NCBI GenBank assembly: GCA_963666365.2
Contig: CAXXNF010000002.1
Location: forward strand, 1,760,001 to 1,824,000
Source of the DNA: Syntrophales bacterium
Lineage (GTDB): Bacteria; Desulfobacterota; Syntrophia; Syntrophales; UBA2210
Reading direction: 5' to 3'
Length of the DNA stretch: 64,000 nt
Shown here: positions 30,358-39,723 of the stretch, piece after piece
How positions within the stretch are numbered: position 1 is the first letter of the stretch
How the letters are laid out: every line of letters starts with the position of its first letter
Translations under genes and position numbers: made by a program
Notes under the pieces: generated by a model
Database searches by the model: none
The model's input: only the letters and a program-made list of their open reading frames with translations
What the model was told of the DNA's origin: nothing

Positions 30358-31247
30358 AAGATCCTCTCCATTATGAGCGAGACGATGAGGAGAAGGCCGT
30401 AAACGGTGGTCATCCTGGCGGTTCTGGCATCGGCGTCTATGGGAAAGGTCCGCACTACCTCTTTGAGAAGGCCGAAGGTAAGAGGGAGCGACACAAGGAC
30501 AATGAACGACCAGAGCGGCAGGGGCCCTGCAAGGGACATCAGCGCCACCGCCACATAGGCTAAGACAACCAGGGACACGAAAATTTTAATACTCCTCTGC
30601 TTTCCGGTAAGAATCGGAACCGTTTGTATGCCATGGCCTGTGTCATCCAGGGTGTCCCGAATGTTGTTTGCCAGAAGCACCAGCGCCACCAGCGCGCCGA
30701 GGGGAAGAGAAACCCAGAAGGCCTCCATGGTGAGGGCCTGCCTTTGGACGTAACAGGCGCCCTCGACCATGAGCGGCCCCCACATGAGAAAAGCGGCACA
30801 CTCGCCCAGCGCCTTGTACTTGTAGTTGAAGGGGGGCGCCGTGTAGAAGACGCCGGCGCATATGCCGATAATGCCGATCACAAACACAGGCCAACCCCTT
30901 GACAGAGCCAGAAAGATTCCTATCGCCGCTGCAACGGCCAGAAATATGCAGGCTTCAACAAGAATCGCGCGGGGATGCAGTTTTCCCTCGACAAGCGGAT
31001 GAGGCCGGTACTGGGCAGTCCCCACATTCTGGGTGTCGATGCCGTGACGCACGTCGAAGTAGTCGTTCAGGAGATTCGCCGCGCCGTGAATGCAGATTAT
31101 CCCGACGAGCGTAAGTAAAAAAAGCCGCCAGTAAAAAACTCCTCCCGCTGCGCCCATAATGCTTCCTGCAGTGACTGAAATTGCAGTCATGGTAAACGAC
31201 CAGGGCCGTGCGGCCAGGAACCAGGTGCGATAGAGTTCTCCCGCCAT
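30354..31247 (-). CDS. menA: 1,4-dihydroxy-2-naphthoate prenyltransferase (UbiA family)
   Basis: AARPWS, NLLNDYFD..G.D, NNIRD..DD. Confidence 0.8.
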   Translation of the reverse strand: MAGELYRTWFLAARPWSFTMTAISVTAGSIMGAAGGVFYWRLFLLTLVGIICIHGAANLLNDYFDVRHGIDTQNVGTAQYRPHPLVEGKLHPRAILVEACIFLAVAAAIGIFLALSRGWPVFVIGIIGICAGVFYTAPPFNYKYKALGECAAFLMWGPLMVEGACYVQRQALTMEAFWVSLPLGALVALVLLANNIRDTLDDTGHGIQTVPILTGKQRSIKIFVSLVVLAYVAVALMSLAGPLPLWSFIVLVSLPLTFGLLKEVVRTFPIDADARTARMTTVYGLLLIVSLIMERIF

Positions 31248-31657
31248 GTTTCACCTTCATGTATGAATCTATTTCCGTCCCGTTATGGTAAATTTAAGGA
31301 AAACTGTCTGCCAAATAAAGATTCATAAAAGATTTTTGATTTTAGAGCCGAGGAGTAACAGGACTTTAGCCAAACTGCAAGAAGATTTTATGAAAGATTC
31401 CTGATGAGAAAAGGGGAAAAGGATCGCAACGATTCCATAAAAAAGAGAAAATATATTGCACTCAAAAAACAAATTTGGCATAGAATGAATTCGCAACCTG
31501 CCAAAACGTTCGGACCCTCGCCGGTAGAGAGGGATATCCTGTGTCATATAACATAGTGGTGTCCGAACCGCAGATATCTCGACGACATCAGAAAATAAAC
31601 GGCGTCACGTTCCATGCAACGGTGTCCGGCATGATGACAAGAGTTTTAGAAGAACAA

Positions 31658-31747
31658 AGTCATAAGGACGTCAAAACGACAATGATTTACACCCATGTCC
31701 TCAACCGGGGACCGACTGGTGTTCGAAGCCCTGCTGACGATCGTTAA
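31658..31747 (+). pseudogene. intI: Integron integrase C-terminal remnant
   Basis: [27 protein letters not shown] matches the IntI terminus (IntI1 [27 protein letters not shown]); the rest of the gene is absent. Confidence 0.85.
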
Positions 31748-31885
31748 GATTATTCAGCATTCCTTTATGCTGATCTGTATAGAACGCCACGGTAAATAAT
31801 GCAGTAGCGTGCAACCGACTGCAGATGTTGATTTACGGCGCAAAAAACGGCAAACCAGCACAAGTACTATAAGGACAAAAAACAA

Positions 31886-31927
31886 GGGTTCCGCGGCTTA
31901 CGCGGACCCGTCCAGCCATTGTTAGGC
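31886..31927 (+). other. attI recombination site downstream of intI
   Basis: GTTAGGC core at 31921-31927, exact complement of GCCTAAC ending cassette 1; no attC-type RYYYAAC partner in front of it. Confidence 0.7.
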
Positions 31928-31947
31928 TATTCGAGAAGGGCAACAGA

Positions 31948-32556
31948 ATGGAATTAAAATTTGAAAAATATCGAATTATTCTATCGCGTATTGCAGCAAC
32001 CATAGTGCTATTTTTTTTCATTACTACACAGAGTTACTGGGAAACAAAAAACGACAAGATCACATTTTTATTGTTTTTAATGGGCGCAATTCTTGTCGCG
32101 GTTGCTTCATTGGGGAGGATGTGGTGCTCACTTTATATTGCTGGTTATAAAGATGATAAACTGATTACACAAGGTCCTTACTCCATTTGCCGGAATCCTT
32201 TGTATCTCTTCAGCTTGATAGGAGTTGTTGGAGTTGGTTTCGCCACTGAAACTTTGACTTTTCCAATAGTTTTCATTATTCTTTTTGCATTTTATTACGG
32301 ATTTGTTATCAAAAGTGAAGAAGAGCGACTCAAGAAACTTTTTGGATTTGAATTTGAAGAATACAAAAAGAAGGTGCCTGCATTTTTCCCAAGGTTTTCG
32401 TCTTTTGCTGAACCTGAAAATTACAATGTGAAACCCATTGTCTACAGAAGGCATATTTTTAGTGCATTATGGTTTATTTGGTTACTTGGAATACTCGAGG
32501 TAATTGAAGGAATGAAAGAAATCGGATTCTTGAAATCCTTGTGGTCGATATATTGA
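31948..32556 (+). CDS. ICMT/PEMT-family methyltransferase (cassette 1)
   Basis: LITQGPYSICRNPLY, EEERL..FG..FEEY...VP; visibly AT-rich; bounded by attI and attC. Confidence 0.9.
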   Translation: MELKFEKYRIILSRIAATIVLFFFITTQSYWETKNDKITFLLFLMGAILVAVASLGRMWCSLYIAGYKDDKLITQGPYSICRNPLYLFSLIGVVGVGFATETLTFPIVFIILFAFYYGFVIKSEEERLKKLFGFEFEEYKKKVPAFFPRFSSFAEPENYNVKPIVYRRHIFSALWFIWLLGILEVIEGMKEIGFLKSLWSIY

Positions 32557-32559
32557 TCA

Positions 32560-32631
32560 GCCTAACCGCATCAACTCGGACTGGCAATTCCGCGGCGCTC
32601 CATTGCCAGCCGGTTATGAGGATCGTTGGCT
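32560..32631 (+). other. attC site (72 bp)
   Basis: GCCTAAC..CAT-C-AAC-T-CGG-A-CTGGCAAT / ATTGCCAG-CCG-GTT-ATG..GTTGGCT: imperfect hairpin with extrahelical bases. Confidence 0.88.
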
Positions 32632-32646
32632 TAAAGGGGGAACGAT

Positions 32647-34632
32647 ATGGGTACAAGCCAAAAGCCGAACAGCGATGCGGAGCATCGTCACGAAGAGAGA
32701 CCCGAGGAAGCGGGCAATCAGGAGGCCTTGCGAGCTTCGGAACTTCGCTATCGCAGGCTCTTTGAGTCGTCCCGAGACGGCATCCTGATCCTGGACGCCA
32801 CGACGGGGGTGGTAGTGGACGTGAATCCGTTCTTGGTCAATCTATTGGGTTACTCGCGTGAATTCTTCCTCACCAAGAAAGTTTGGGAGTTGGGCTTCCT
32901 TGGGGATGCCATCGCCAACGAGGACATGTTCAGGAAATTGCAGGCAAAGGGCTATATCCGCTACGAAGACCTGCCGCTGGAAACCAGCGACGGGCTGCCC
33001 ATCGAGGTGGAGTTCATCAGCAACGTCTATCTCGCGAACGAACAGCGGGTGATTCAATGCAACATCCGCGAAATCACCGAGCGCAAGCAGGAGAAGGAAC
33101 AGATCAGATTCCAGGCTGACATCATAGAGAATTCTCCCGTGATCACCGCTTATCACGACAAGAATTTGAACGTGGTATGGATAAATAAAGCCTACCAGAA
33201 AGCGACAGGATTAAACCTTGAGGAAGTAAGGGGGAAAAAGTGCTACCAGATCTGGAATCTGTCAAAACCATGCCGGGGTTGTCCCGTGATCACGGCAATA
33301 GAAACCGGAGAGAATGCTTCCAATGAATTGACGCCCGACAATCAGGACCATTGGCCGGAGAGTCAAGGATATTGGTTATGCCAAGCCGTGCCTTTCCGCG
33401 ATAAACAGGGCACCGTTATTGGCGCCCTTGAATTCGCGGTTGACATCACCGAGCGCAAGAAATCGGAAGAGGCGCGGGAGAAACTCCAGGCCCAACTCAA
33501 CCAGGCACAGAAGATGGAGTCGGTGGGAAGGCTGGCCGGCGGGGTGGCCCACGACTTCAATAATATGCTGGGCATCGTCCTGGGATACACGGAACTGGCC
33601 TTGGAACGGGTCGGGTCGGACGAATCCCTGCATGCCGACCTGGAGGAAATCCGGAAGGCCGCCCATCGCTCCGCCGACCTCACGCGCCAGCTATTGGCAT
33701 TTGCCCGGAAACAGACCATTGCGCCCAAGGTGCTTGATTTAAATGCCGCGGTGGAAGACATGCTCAACATGCTGCGACAGCTCATCGGAGAGGACATTAA
33801 TCTGGTCTGGAAACCCGACCGGGGTCTCTGGCCGGTCAATATGGACCCTGCACAGATCGATCAAGTGATGGTCAATCTTTGCATCAACGCCCGGGACGCC
33901 ATCACGGGTGTTGGCAGAATTGTCGTAGAGACGCGAAACACCACCGTGGACGAGGCATACAGCGCCCAGCAGGCGGGGTTTACTCCTGGCGAATACGTGA
34001 TGTTGACCGTGAGCGACGACGGCTGCGGCATGGATGCCGAAACACTCCTGAGCATCTTCGATCCTTTCTTCACGACCAAGGAAGCGAGCAGTGGAACCGG
34101 CCTGGGGCTGGCCACCGTGTATGGCATCGTCAATCAGAACAACGGCTTCATCAACGTTTACAGCGAGCCGGGCCAGGGAACGGCCTTCAATATCTACCTG
34201 CCGCGGTACGCGGCCAAAACGGAGCCTCTGCCGAAACAAGTTCCGTTACAAACGAAAGAGCTCGGCCATGAAACCATATTGCTCGTGGAAGACGAACCGG
34301 CGATCTTGAAAATGACCACGATCATGCTGGAACGCCATGGTTACACCGTGCTGAAGGCGAGTACCCCGGGCGAGGCCATGCGCATGGCAAGGGAATACAC
34401 CGGCCGGATCGACCTGCTTTTGACCGACGTGATCATGCCCGAGATGAACGGCCGCAATCTGGCCAAGAACCTCGTGTCCAACCGTCCGAGCCTCAAATGC
34501 CTGTTCATGTCGGGCTACCCAGCCAACATAATCACAAAACACGGGGTGCTGAACGAAGGCGAACATTTCATCCAAAAGCCATTCTCGGTGAACGATTTAG
34601 GGATGAAGCTGCGCGAGGCCCTGGAAGGCTGA
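32647..34632 (+). CDS. PAS-PAS hybrid sensor histidine kinase/receiver (cassette 2)
   Basis: AHDFNN H-box, NLCINARDA, DDGCGM, FFTTK, GTGLGL, receiver LLVEDE..TDVIMP..KPF. Confidence 0.95.
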   Translation: MGTSQKPNSDAEHRHEERPEEAGNQEALRASELRYRRLFESSRDGILILDATTGVVVDVNPFLVNLLGYSREFFLTKKVWELGFLGDAIANEDMFRKLQAKGYIRYEDLPLETSDGLPIEVEFISNVYLANEQRVIQCNIREITERKQEKEQIRFQADIIENSPVITAYHDKNLNVVWINKAYQKATGLNLEEVRGKKCYQIWNLSKPCRGCPVITAIETGENASNELTPDNQDHWPESQGYWLCQAVPFRDKQGTVIGALEFAVDITERKKSEEAREKLQAQLNQAQKMESVGRLAGGVAHDFNNMLGIVLGYTELALERVGSDESLHADLEEIRKAAHRSADLTRQLLAFARKQTIAPKVLDLNAAVEDMLNMLRQLIGEDINLVWKPDRGLWPVNMDPAQIDQVMVNLCINARDAITGVGRIVVETRNTTVDEAYSAQQAGFTPGEYVMLTVSDDGCGMDAETLLSIFDPFFTTKEASSGTGLGLATVYGIVNQNNGFINVYSEPGQGTAFNIYLPRYAAKTEPLPKQVPLQTKELGHETILLVEDEPAILKMTTIMLERHGYTVLKASTPGEAMRMAREYTGRIDLLLTDVIMPEMNGRNLAKNLVSNRPSLKCLFMSGYPANIITKHGVLNEGEHFIQKPFSVNDLGMKLREALEG

Positions 34633-34658
34633 TATGGTTCCATCATCAACTGATTACA

Positions 34659-34690
34659 GGCCAACAACCGCATTAACTCGGACTGGCAAT
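34659..34690 (+). other. Truncated attC (left half)
   Basis: GGCCAAC-AAC-CGCATTAACTCGGACTGGCAAT nearly identical to the first attC left arm; GCCAAC complements GTTGGC at 32625. Confidence 0.8.
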
Positions 34691-35045
34691 GTCAGACTTA
34701 ACTTTTAAGAAAATTGAATAAAGTATTAAAGACAGAAAGAATTTACATCCTCCGTTCCTCAAAAATGTCAAAACATACAAACCATCTTTGGAATTGGAAG
34801 AAACAGCTTTCAGTAACGAAGCGTTGGAGAAAAAAGCCAAAGAACTCAAGGCGCTATCAATTTCCATTGTGACAAAGTGTGAATCATGCATGAAATAGCA
34901 TTTGGATCAAGCTCCGCAAGCAGGTGCAAAAGATAAAGAAATTTAAGAAACTATCGATGCAGCAATTGAAATGGGTGGGGGTCGGGCTGGCGCTTACGCC
35001 CGTTTCGTGTTAAATGCGCTTGAATATTTTAAGAATAATCGCTGA
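34689..35045 (+). pseudogene. Carboxymuconolactone decarboxylase/AhpD-family pseudogene
   Basis: ALEKKAKELKALSISIVTKCESCMK*HL..AGA..EI*E.I..AIEMGGG with three in-frame stops (TAA, TAG, TAA). Confidence 0.8.
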
Positions 35046-35273
35046 TATTTACAACCTATTGTGCCATGGTCCGATGGGAACGGTTTTAACACCTTCGCCC
35101 TGTGGTTCCTGAATGCAAACGTTGGTATTTCCAAAAGAGAGGTGTCGTATTTTCATAAGTCCTTTCAGCAGCACTTTTCACTTGACTTGACGCGAAAAGG
35201 CGGGGCGCAAGTCGGTTTTTATGCTCACTGGCAGATGCACATCTGAGGCGACAGATGTATCCATCGTGCCGAT

Positions 35274-36131
35274 TCAAAGCATTTCCAGGCGTTCGACAAT
35301 GAAGAGACCGGCCTTGCGGCTGTGCGTGGCGCGATTGCTTTCCATTATTTCCAGTTGAGCGCCTGGTATGGACTGTGCGATTTCTTTCACCTCTTCCACA
35401 TTATGAAGCCGGTCGCTCCGCGCTCCTATGATGATCACAGGGGAGGTGATCAAGGGGAGTTTCGGCCGCACACTGTACCCCTTCATACTGAGTGCGCTTG
35501 CCTTCAACCTGCGGAAATCCGCTCCGTCGATAGTGCCTTCGTACTTTTTCAACTGCTCCGGTTCCCTCGTTTTATCGATGCGAAAGGCGCCGATGTACCA
35601 TTTGATGAATCCCTTGACGAAGGTGTAGGCCCCGGGTGGAATGCCTCTTGCAACAAAAAAGGCCCACGCTGGAATGCGAAATTCCGCATTCGGCGCAATG
35701 GCAATGGTAAGTGCGGGACGCCGCAACCCCCGGCTCAGATAATCGAGAATAGCCGTCGATCCCAGAGAACTGCCCACTAACACAAAGGACCGATCATGGG
35801 GAACTGTCGCTTCGAGAATTTCGTGAATGTCATCCACCATGCGGGAAATTGAAAACTCAACATTCCTTCGTTCCGGGATGCGGGCACTCTTTTTTTCGCG
35901 GGATTCAACGTAAAGAGTTTTGTATCGGGGAGTGAGTTCTTTCAGGGCACCCTCCCAGCCGTTGATTTCCGAGATCCAGCCTGCAACGAAGCACACAATG
36001 GGTCCGTTCTCATCGCCCTGTGGAGGGGTAAAGTCGATTACCTTCAGGGCCGCACCGTCAGAGAGGCTGATGCTACACTCCGTAACAGCGACGTCCGGAT
36101 TTGTGCAAAAGGAATAGCGCTGATCGGTCAC
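35274..36131 (-). CDS. Alpha/beta hydrolase
   Basis: FVAGW, GSSLG, D and H in C-terminal positions. Confidence 0.8.
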   Translation of the reverse strand: MTDQRYSFCTNPDVAVTECSISLSDGAALKVIDFTPPQGDENGPIVCFVAGWISEINGWEGALKELTPRYKTLYVESREKKSARIPERRNVEFSISRMVDDIHEILEATVPHDRSFVLVGSSLGSTAILDYLSRGLRRPALTIAIAPNAEFRIPAWAFFVARGIPPGAYTFVKGFIKWYIGAFRIDKTREPEQLKKYEGTIDGADFRRLKASALSMKGYSVRPKLPLITSPVIIIGARSDRLHNVEEVKEIAQSIPGAQLEIMESNRATHSRKAGLFIVERLEML

Positions 36132-36183
36132 CTGATGGAACCCTTCCTCATTGTATCCTGTTCAATCCTCTGCTATTCACGCA

Positions 36184-36678
36184 TCAAACCCCTCGTCCAC
36201 GGGCTTCTTCGAAGGGGATGGAATCAAGAATGAGCGTGGACATATACTCTCTGAGGTCTTCAGGATGAATGGAATCTTCGCATATGGCCAGCGCACGGAC
36301 CGATATCCCCGCCTGGTGAACGGTTTCCCGATCGCCCGATATCAGCGGATGCCACCATTCGAGGTCCTTGCCTTCGGCAAGACGGCGATAGGCACAGCTC
36401 AACGGCAGCCATCGAAATGCATCGGGTGAATCAGGACTTAACGAGATACAGGATGGGACATAATGGCGACGATTTGTGTAGTGGCGACACCGGCAGCTCT
36501 CGATATCCAGAAGGCGGCACGCCACGGCAGTGTAGAAGACACACCCCGTCGTCGAGTCTTCTATCTTATGGAGACAGCATCGGCCACAGCCGTCGCAGAG
36601 CGATTCCCATTCCTCCCCGGTCATGTCGCTGAGGGGCTTTTGTTTCCAGAACGCTGTCCTCTTCGTCTCCATGATCAA
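36184..36678 (-). CDS. YcgN family CxxCxxCC protein
   Basis: EWESLCDGCGRCCLHK, WLPLSCAYR, WWHPLISGD. Confidence 0.9.
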   Translation of the reverse strand: MIMETKRTAFWKQKPLSDMTGEEWESLCDGCGRCCLHKIEDSTTGCVFYTAVACRLLDIESCRCRHYTNRRHYVPSCISLSPDSPDAFRWLPLSCAYRRLAEGKDLEWWHPLISGDRETVHQAGISVRALAICEDSIHPEDLREYMSTLILDSIPFEEARGRGV

Positions 36679-36718
36679 GAATGTACCGTCTTTTTTAACT
36701 GAATACCCCTGCCCCCGT

Positions 36719-36907
36719 TTAAGCTTTCTCTTTGCTTTCTTTGAAAAAATTATGCAGGAATTCCTCTTCCATGGGAGAGAGATTGAATTCCTGTCCCGCC
36801 TGCTGAATCAGCTTTGAGAGAGAGGGGCTGTCCGATTCTTCAAGTCTGCTCGAAATCGACTTTATTGCCTGCCTCATCTTTTCGCCCTTTGGTTGCACCA
36901 CTGCCAT
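36719..36907 (-). CDS. Small hypothetical protein
   Basis: AAGGAG RBS; 62 aa, helical, FNLSP motif. Confidence 0.7.
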   Translation of the reverse strand: MAVVQPKGEKMRQAIKSISSRLEESDSPSLSKLIQQAGQEFNLSPMEEEFLHNFFKESKEKA

Positions 36908-37014
36908 ACTGCGTCTCCTTTCAAAAAGTCGTCTCTTAGAGGTAATGCATACTACACTATCGGCGAAATATTATCCATCCTGAAATATTGACGGCTTCGT
37001 AATAAAAAGCTTCA

Positions 37015-37809
37015 TCATGTCGATGGGTATCCAATCATGTAGGTAACTTTTCTGGGAAGCCCTTCCACCTCTTCCTGTCCGATTTCCCATGTATAGGTCT
37101 TCAGCTCCAGATCGGAGATCAGTGCTTTCAATTCACCAGTGGAGTAAGTGCGAAGCGATGAGATCACACCGTCAAAGGTGATGATAAACGGCAGGAGCGG
37201 CAAGAGGTACGTCCAGAAAAACCGTGAAAGACGGAACGGACGAATAAAAGGGGTCAGGGTAAGCACCATGAGCGGAAGCACGAAAATCATCTGGCATATG
37301 GCAAAGACGTTTCGTTCGGTTGCCTCAAAAATGCCGATACCCCGTTTTCTGCGTATTGCATCGTTGAGTATCGCCTGCGCCTCATTGGGAGAGAAATGAT
37401 GGAAGGCATTGAAAAATGTCCTGAATCCATCGAGATTTTCGGGGATGTCAACAGCGTCGACGGACCGTGGGCAGTATCGAAGACCGTTGGATGAGGAGTT
37501 GTGGATTTTTACCGATGCACTGTTGGGATTCTTGTCGGTGAGACACACAGAAAGGGGGAACCGTTCCTTTTCTTGAAAGTGATGATAGAGACGCGGCCAT
37601 GGCCCACCCCCGCCTGAGCAAAGATCAAGTATCCTCCGCGTGCCCGATTTTTCCAATGCCCGGCGAAGATAGGGCACGCACGGGGCGAACACATTGCTTG
37701 CATTCTCAAAATATTGAAGAAAGTCGGTGGCACTATCGAGAAGAAGCTTCGGGCACCAAGACTGATCTGAAAGTTCTGTCAGATGGTAGCGCTTCATTGA
37801 ACTATCCAT
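37015..37809 (-). CDS. Class I SAM-dependent methyltransferase-like protein
   Basis: ILDLCSGGGGP, FNAFHHF. Confidence 0.8.
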   Translation of the reverse strand: MDSSMKRYHLTELSDQSWCPKLLLDSATDFLQYFENASNVFAPCVPYLRRALEKSGTRRILDLCSGGGGPWPRLYHHFQEKERFPLSVCLTDKNPNSASVKIHNSSSNGLRYCPRSVDAVDIPENLDGFRTFFNAFHHFSPNEAQAILNDAIRRKRGIGIFEATERNVFAICQMIFVLPLMVLTLTPFIRPFRLSRFFWTYLLPLLPFIITFDGVISSLRTYSTGELKALISDLELKTYTWEIGQEEVEGLPRKVTYMIGYPST

Positions 37810-38058
37810 TCTTTTCTTGATAATCGCTCCTGCATATGTTCATACTGTACCATAAATGATACAATCAAATCGAGCGAGATTGTAAAGGGAATCGTTTATG
37901 GCGCCAGCATATTCTCAGCATTTTCTCCTGAAAGTAAAGTTTCATGTTGTGTTCAACACGGTATATGGTTACAATGTCTACATTTTCTACAATGAGGAAT
38001 GACGTAACGTCTTATATGGGTTTAAAATAGCTACATAACAACACAAAGGAGGACAGCA

Positions 38059-39513
38059 ATGGGAATTCGTACGCCTGAAGAGTACAAGGAAAGTTTGCGC
38101 GATGGAAGGCGGGTCTATATCCGCGGAGAAAAGGTAGAAGATATTACGAAGCACCCGATTCTCGGCATTACCTGCGATACCATAGCCGGCGGGTATGAGT
38201 TGACGGCATCGGAAAATCCGGAAGTGCGAGATCTTTTCGTGGCGCCTCACCCCGAAACGGGTGAACCGATAAACCGCCTCTTCATTACCCCCCATAACAC
38301 GGAGGATCTCAAAAATCGCACCAAGATGATTCAGACGTCCATTAAAATGATCGGCAGTCTTCCCTTCGGCAAGGATATCGGCACGGATTGCCTCAATGCG
38401 GCCTTCGTAGTGGCCGGCCAGATGGGCAAAACAGAGTATCAGGAAAATGCCAAAAACTTTCTCGAACACCTGCGAAAGAACGATCTCCATACCTGCGGCG
38501 CCGTGAGCTGCGTCAAAGGTGATCGCTCAAAGGAACCGGCCAAGCAGAAACACCCCGACTATTACCTGCACGTCGTCGACAAAAATAAAGACGGCATCGT
38601 GGTCAAGGGCGCCAAAATCCACATCACCAGCGCACCGGCGGCTAATGAAATAATCGTCGTACCTACTCGACAAATGCGGGAAAACGAGGGGGATTATGCC
38701 GTCAGTTTTGCCATACCGGCGAATACGGAAGGGATCACCTTTATCTGCCGCGGCGGGCGTGGGGCCTGGACAGACCACGAATTTCATGCCGACCGTCCCG
38801 TGCGGGAACTGACGGAAGCAATGATCGTATTCGACAATGTCTTCGTGCCCTGGGATCGGGTATTCATGTGCGGCGAATGGCAGTTCTCCATGCTGATTGC
38901 TTACACCTTCGCTACTTTCCATCGGTTCACGGCAATCAGTTACAAAGTGCCGGCCGTTGAAGTCATGGCGGGTTGCGGTGTGGCCATGGCAAAATATAAC
39001 GGTCTCGATAAAGTAGGTCATGTGAGAGACAAACTGGCTGATATCGCCGCCTATGTGGAGACACTGAGGGCACTGACGAATGCGGCGGCCCAGGACCCCG
39101 TCATGTACGGCGACATCGCTGTGCCCAATCCGCTCATCGCCAACATGGCGAAACTCCATTTTGCCAGTAAATATCATGCCTTCATGGAACTTATTCAGGA
39201 TATTTCCGGTGGGATCGTTGCCACTGCGCCCGACAGGAAAGACTGGGAAAATCCGGATATTCATGACTATCTGGAGCATTATCTGGGAGGGTCGGAAAAA
39301 TACAGCACCATTGATCGCCTGAAGATGATTCATGAGACGATGCGTCATGTTTGCTCCCATGAATCGGCCTTCCATGAAGTGACGACGGTCCATGCCGAAG
39401 GGTCCATGGCAGCGCAGAAAATGATGGTGCTGGCCGAATCGCCCCTCAAGCAATACGAGGAGATGGCAATGGCGGCTGCCGGCATTACGCCTCTTGAGAA
39501 GGTCAGGTTGTAG
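38059..39513 (+). CDS. 4-hydroxybutyryl-CoA dehydratase/HpaB family flavoprotein
   Basis: EEYKESLR..VYIRGE, KGDRS, GIVVKGAK.H.T, FDNVFVPWDRVFMCGE. Confidence 0.85.
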   Translation: MGIRTPEEYKESLRDGRRVYIRGEKVEDITKHPILGITCDTIAGGYELTASENPEVRDLFVAPHPETGEPINRLFITPHNTEDLKNRTKMIQTSIKMIGSLPFGKDIGTDCLNAAFVVAGQMGKTEYQENAKNFLEHLRKNDLHTCGAVSCVKGDRSKEPAKQKHPDYYLHVVDKNKDGIVVKGAKIHITSAPAANEIIVVPTRQMRENEGDYAVSFAIPANTEGITFICRGGRGAWTDHEFHADRPVRELTEAMIVFDNVFVPWDRVFMCGEWQFSMLIAYTFATFHRFTAISYKVPAVEVMAGCGVAMAKYNGLDKVGHVRDKLADIAAYVETLRALTNAAAQDPVMYGDIAVPNPLIANMAKLHFASKYHAFMELIQDISGGIVATAPDRKDWENPDIHDYLEHYLGGSEKYSTIDRLKMIHETMRHVCSHESAFHEVTTVHAEGSMAAQKMMVLAESPLKQYEEMAMAAAGITPLEKVRL

Positions 39514-39663
39514 AAAACCCGACTGCGCCCTGTTCCTTTCATTGCCTGCGAAATGGGTTCATTGCGGAGACAGGGGGTGGCAGTGTCGCGGCAACGGCCC
39601 GGCGAAAAAACATTTTCCGTCGGGCCGTACTTCATTCCTCGCAGGACCTTGCAATTCCGCTCC

Positions 39664-39692
39664 TTGACCTCCTGCCTTCTCTTGTCTATAAT
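39664..39692 (+). promoter_or_regulatory. sigma70 promoter
   Basis: TTGACC-17 nt-TATAAT. Confidence 0.7.
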
Positions 39693-39723
39693 CGGTAAAA
39701 CTTTCACATGAAAGGAAGTGCAC

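Noticed and set aside
31541..31747. 68-aa ORF as a functional integrase
   Set aside because: Only the last ~29 residues are IntI-like; most catalytic motifs are missing
34689..35045. Selenocysteine or other recoding in the CMD gene
   Set aside because: Internal stops are TAA, TAG and TAA, not TGA; decay is the simpler explanation
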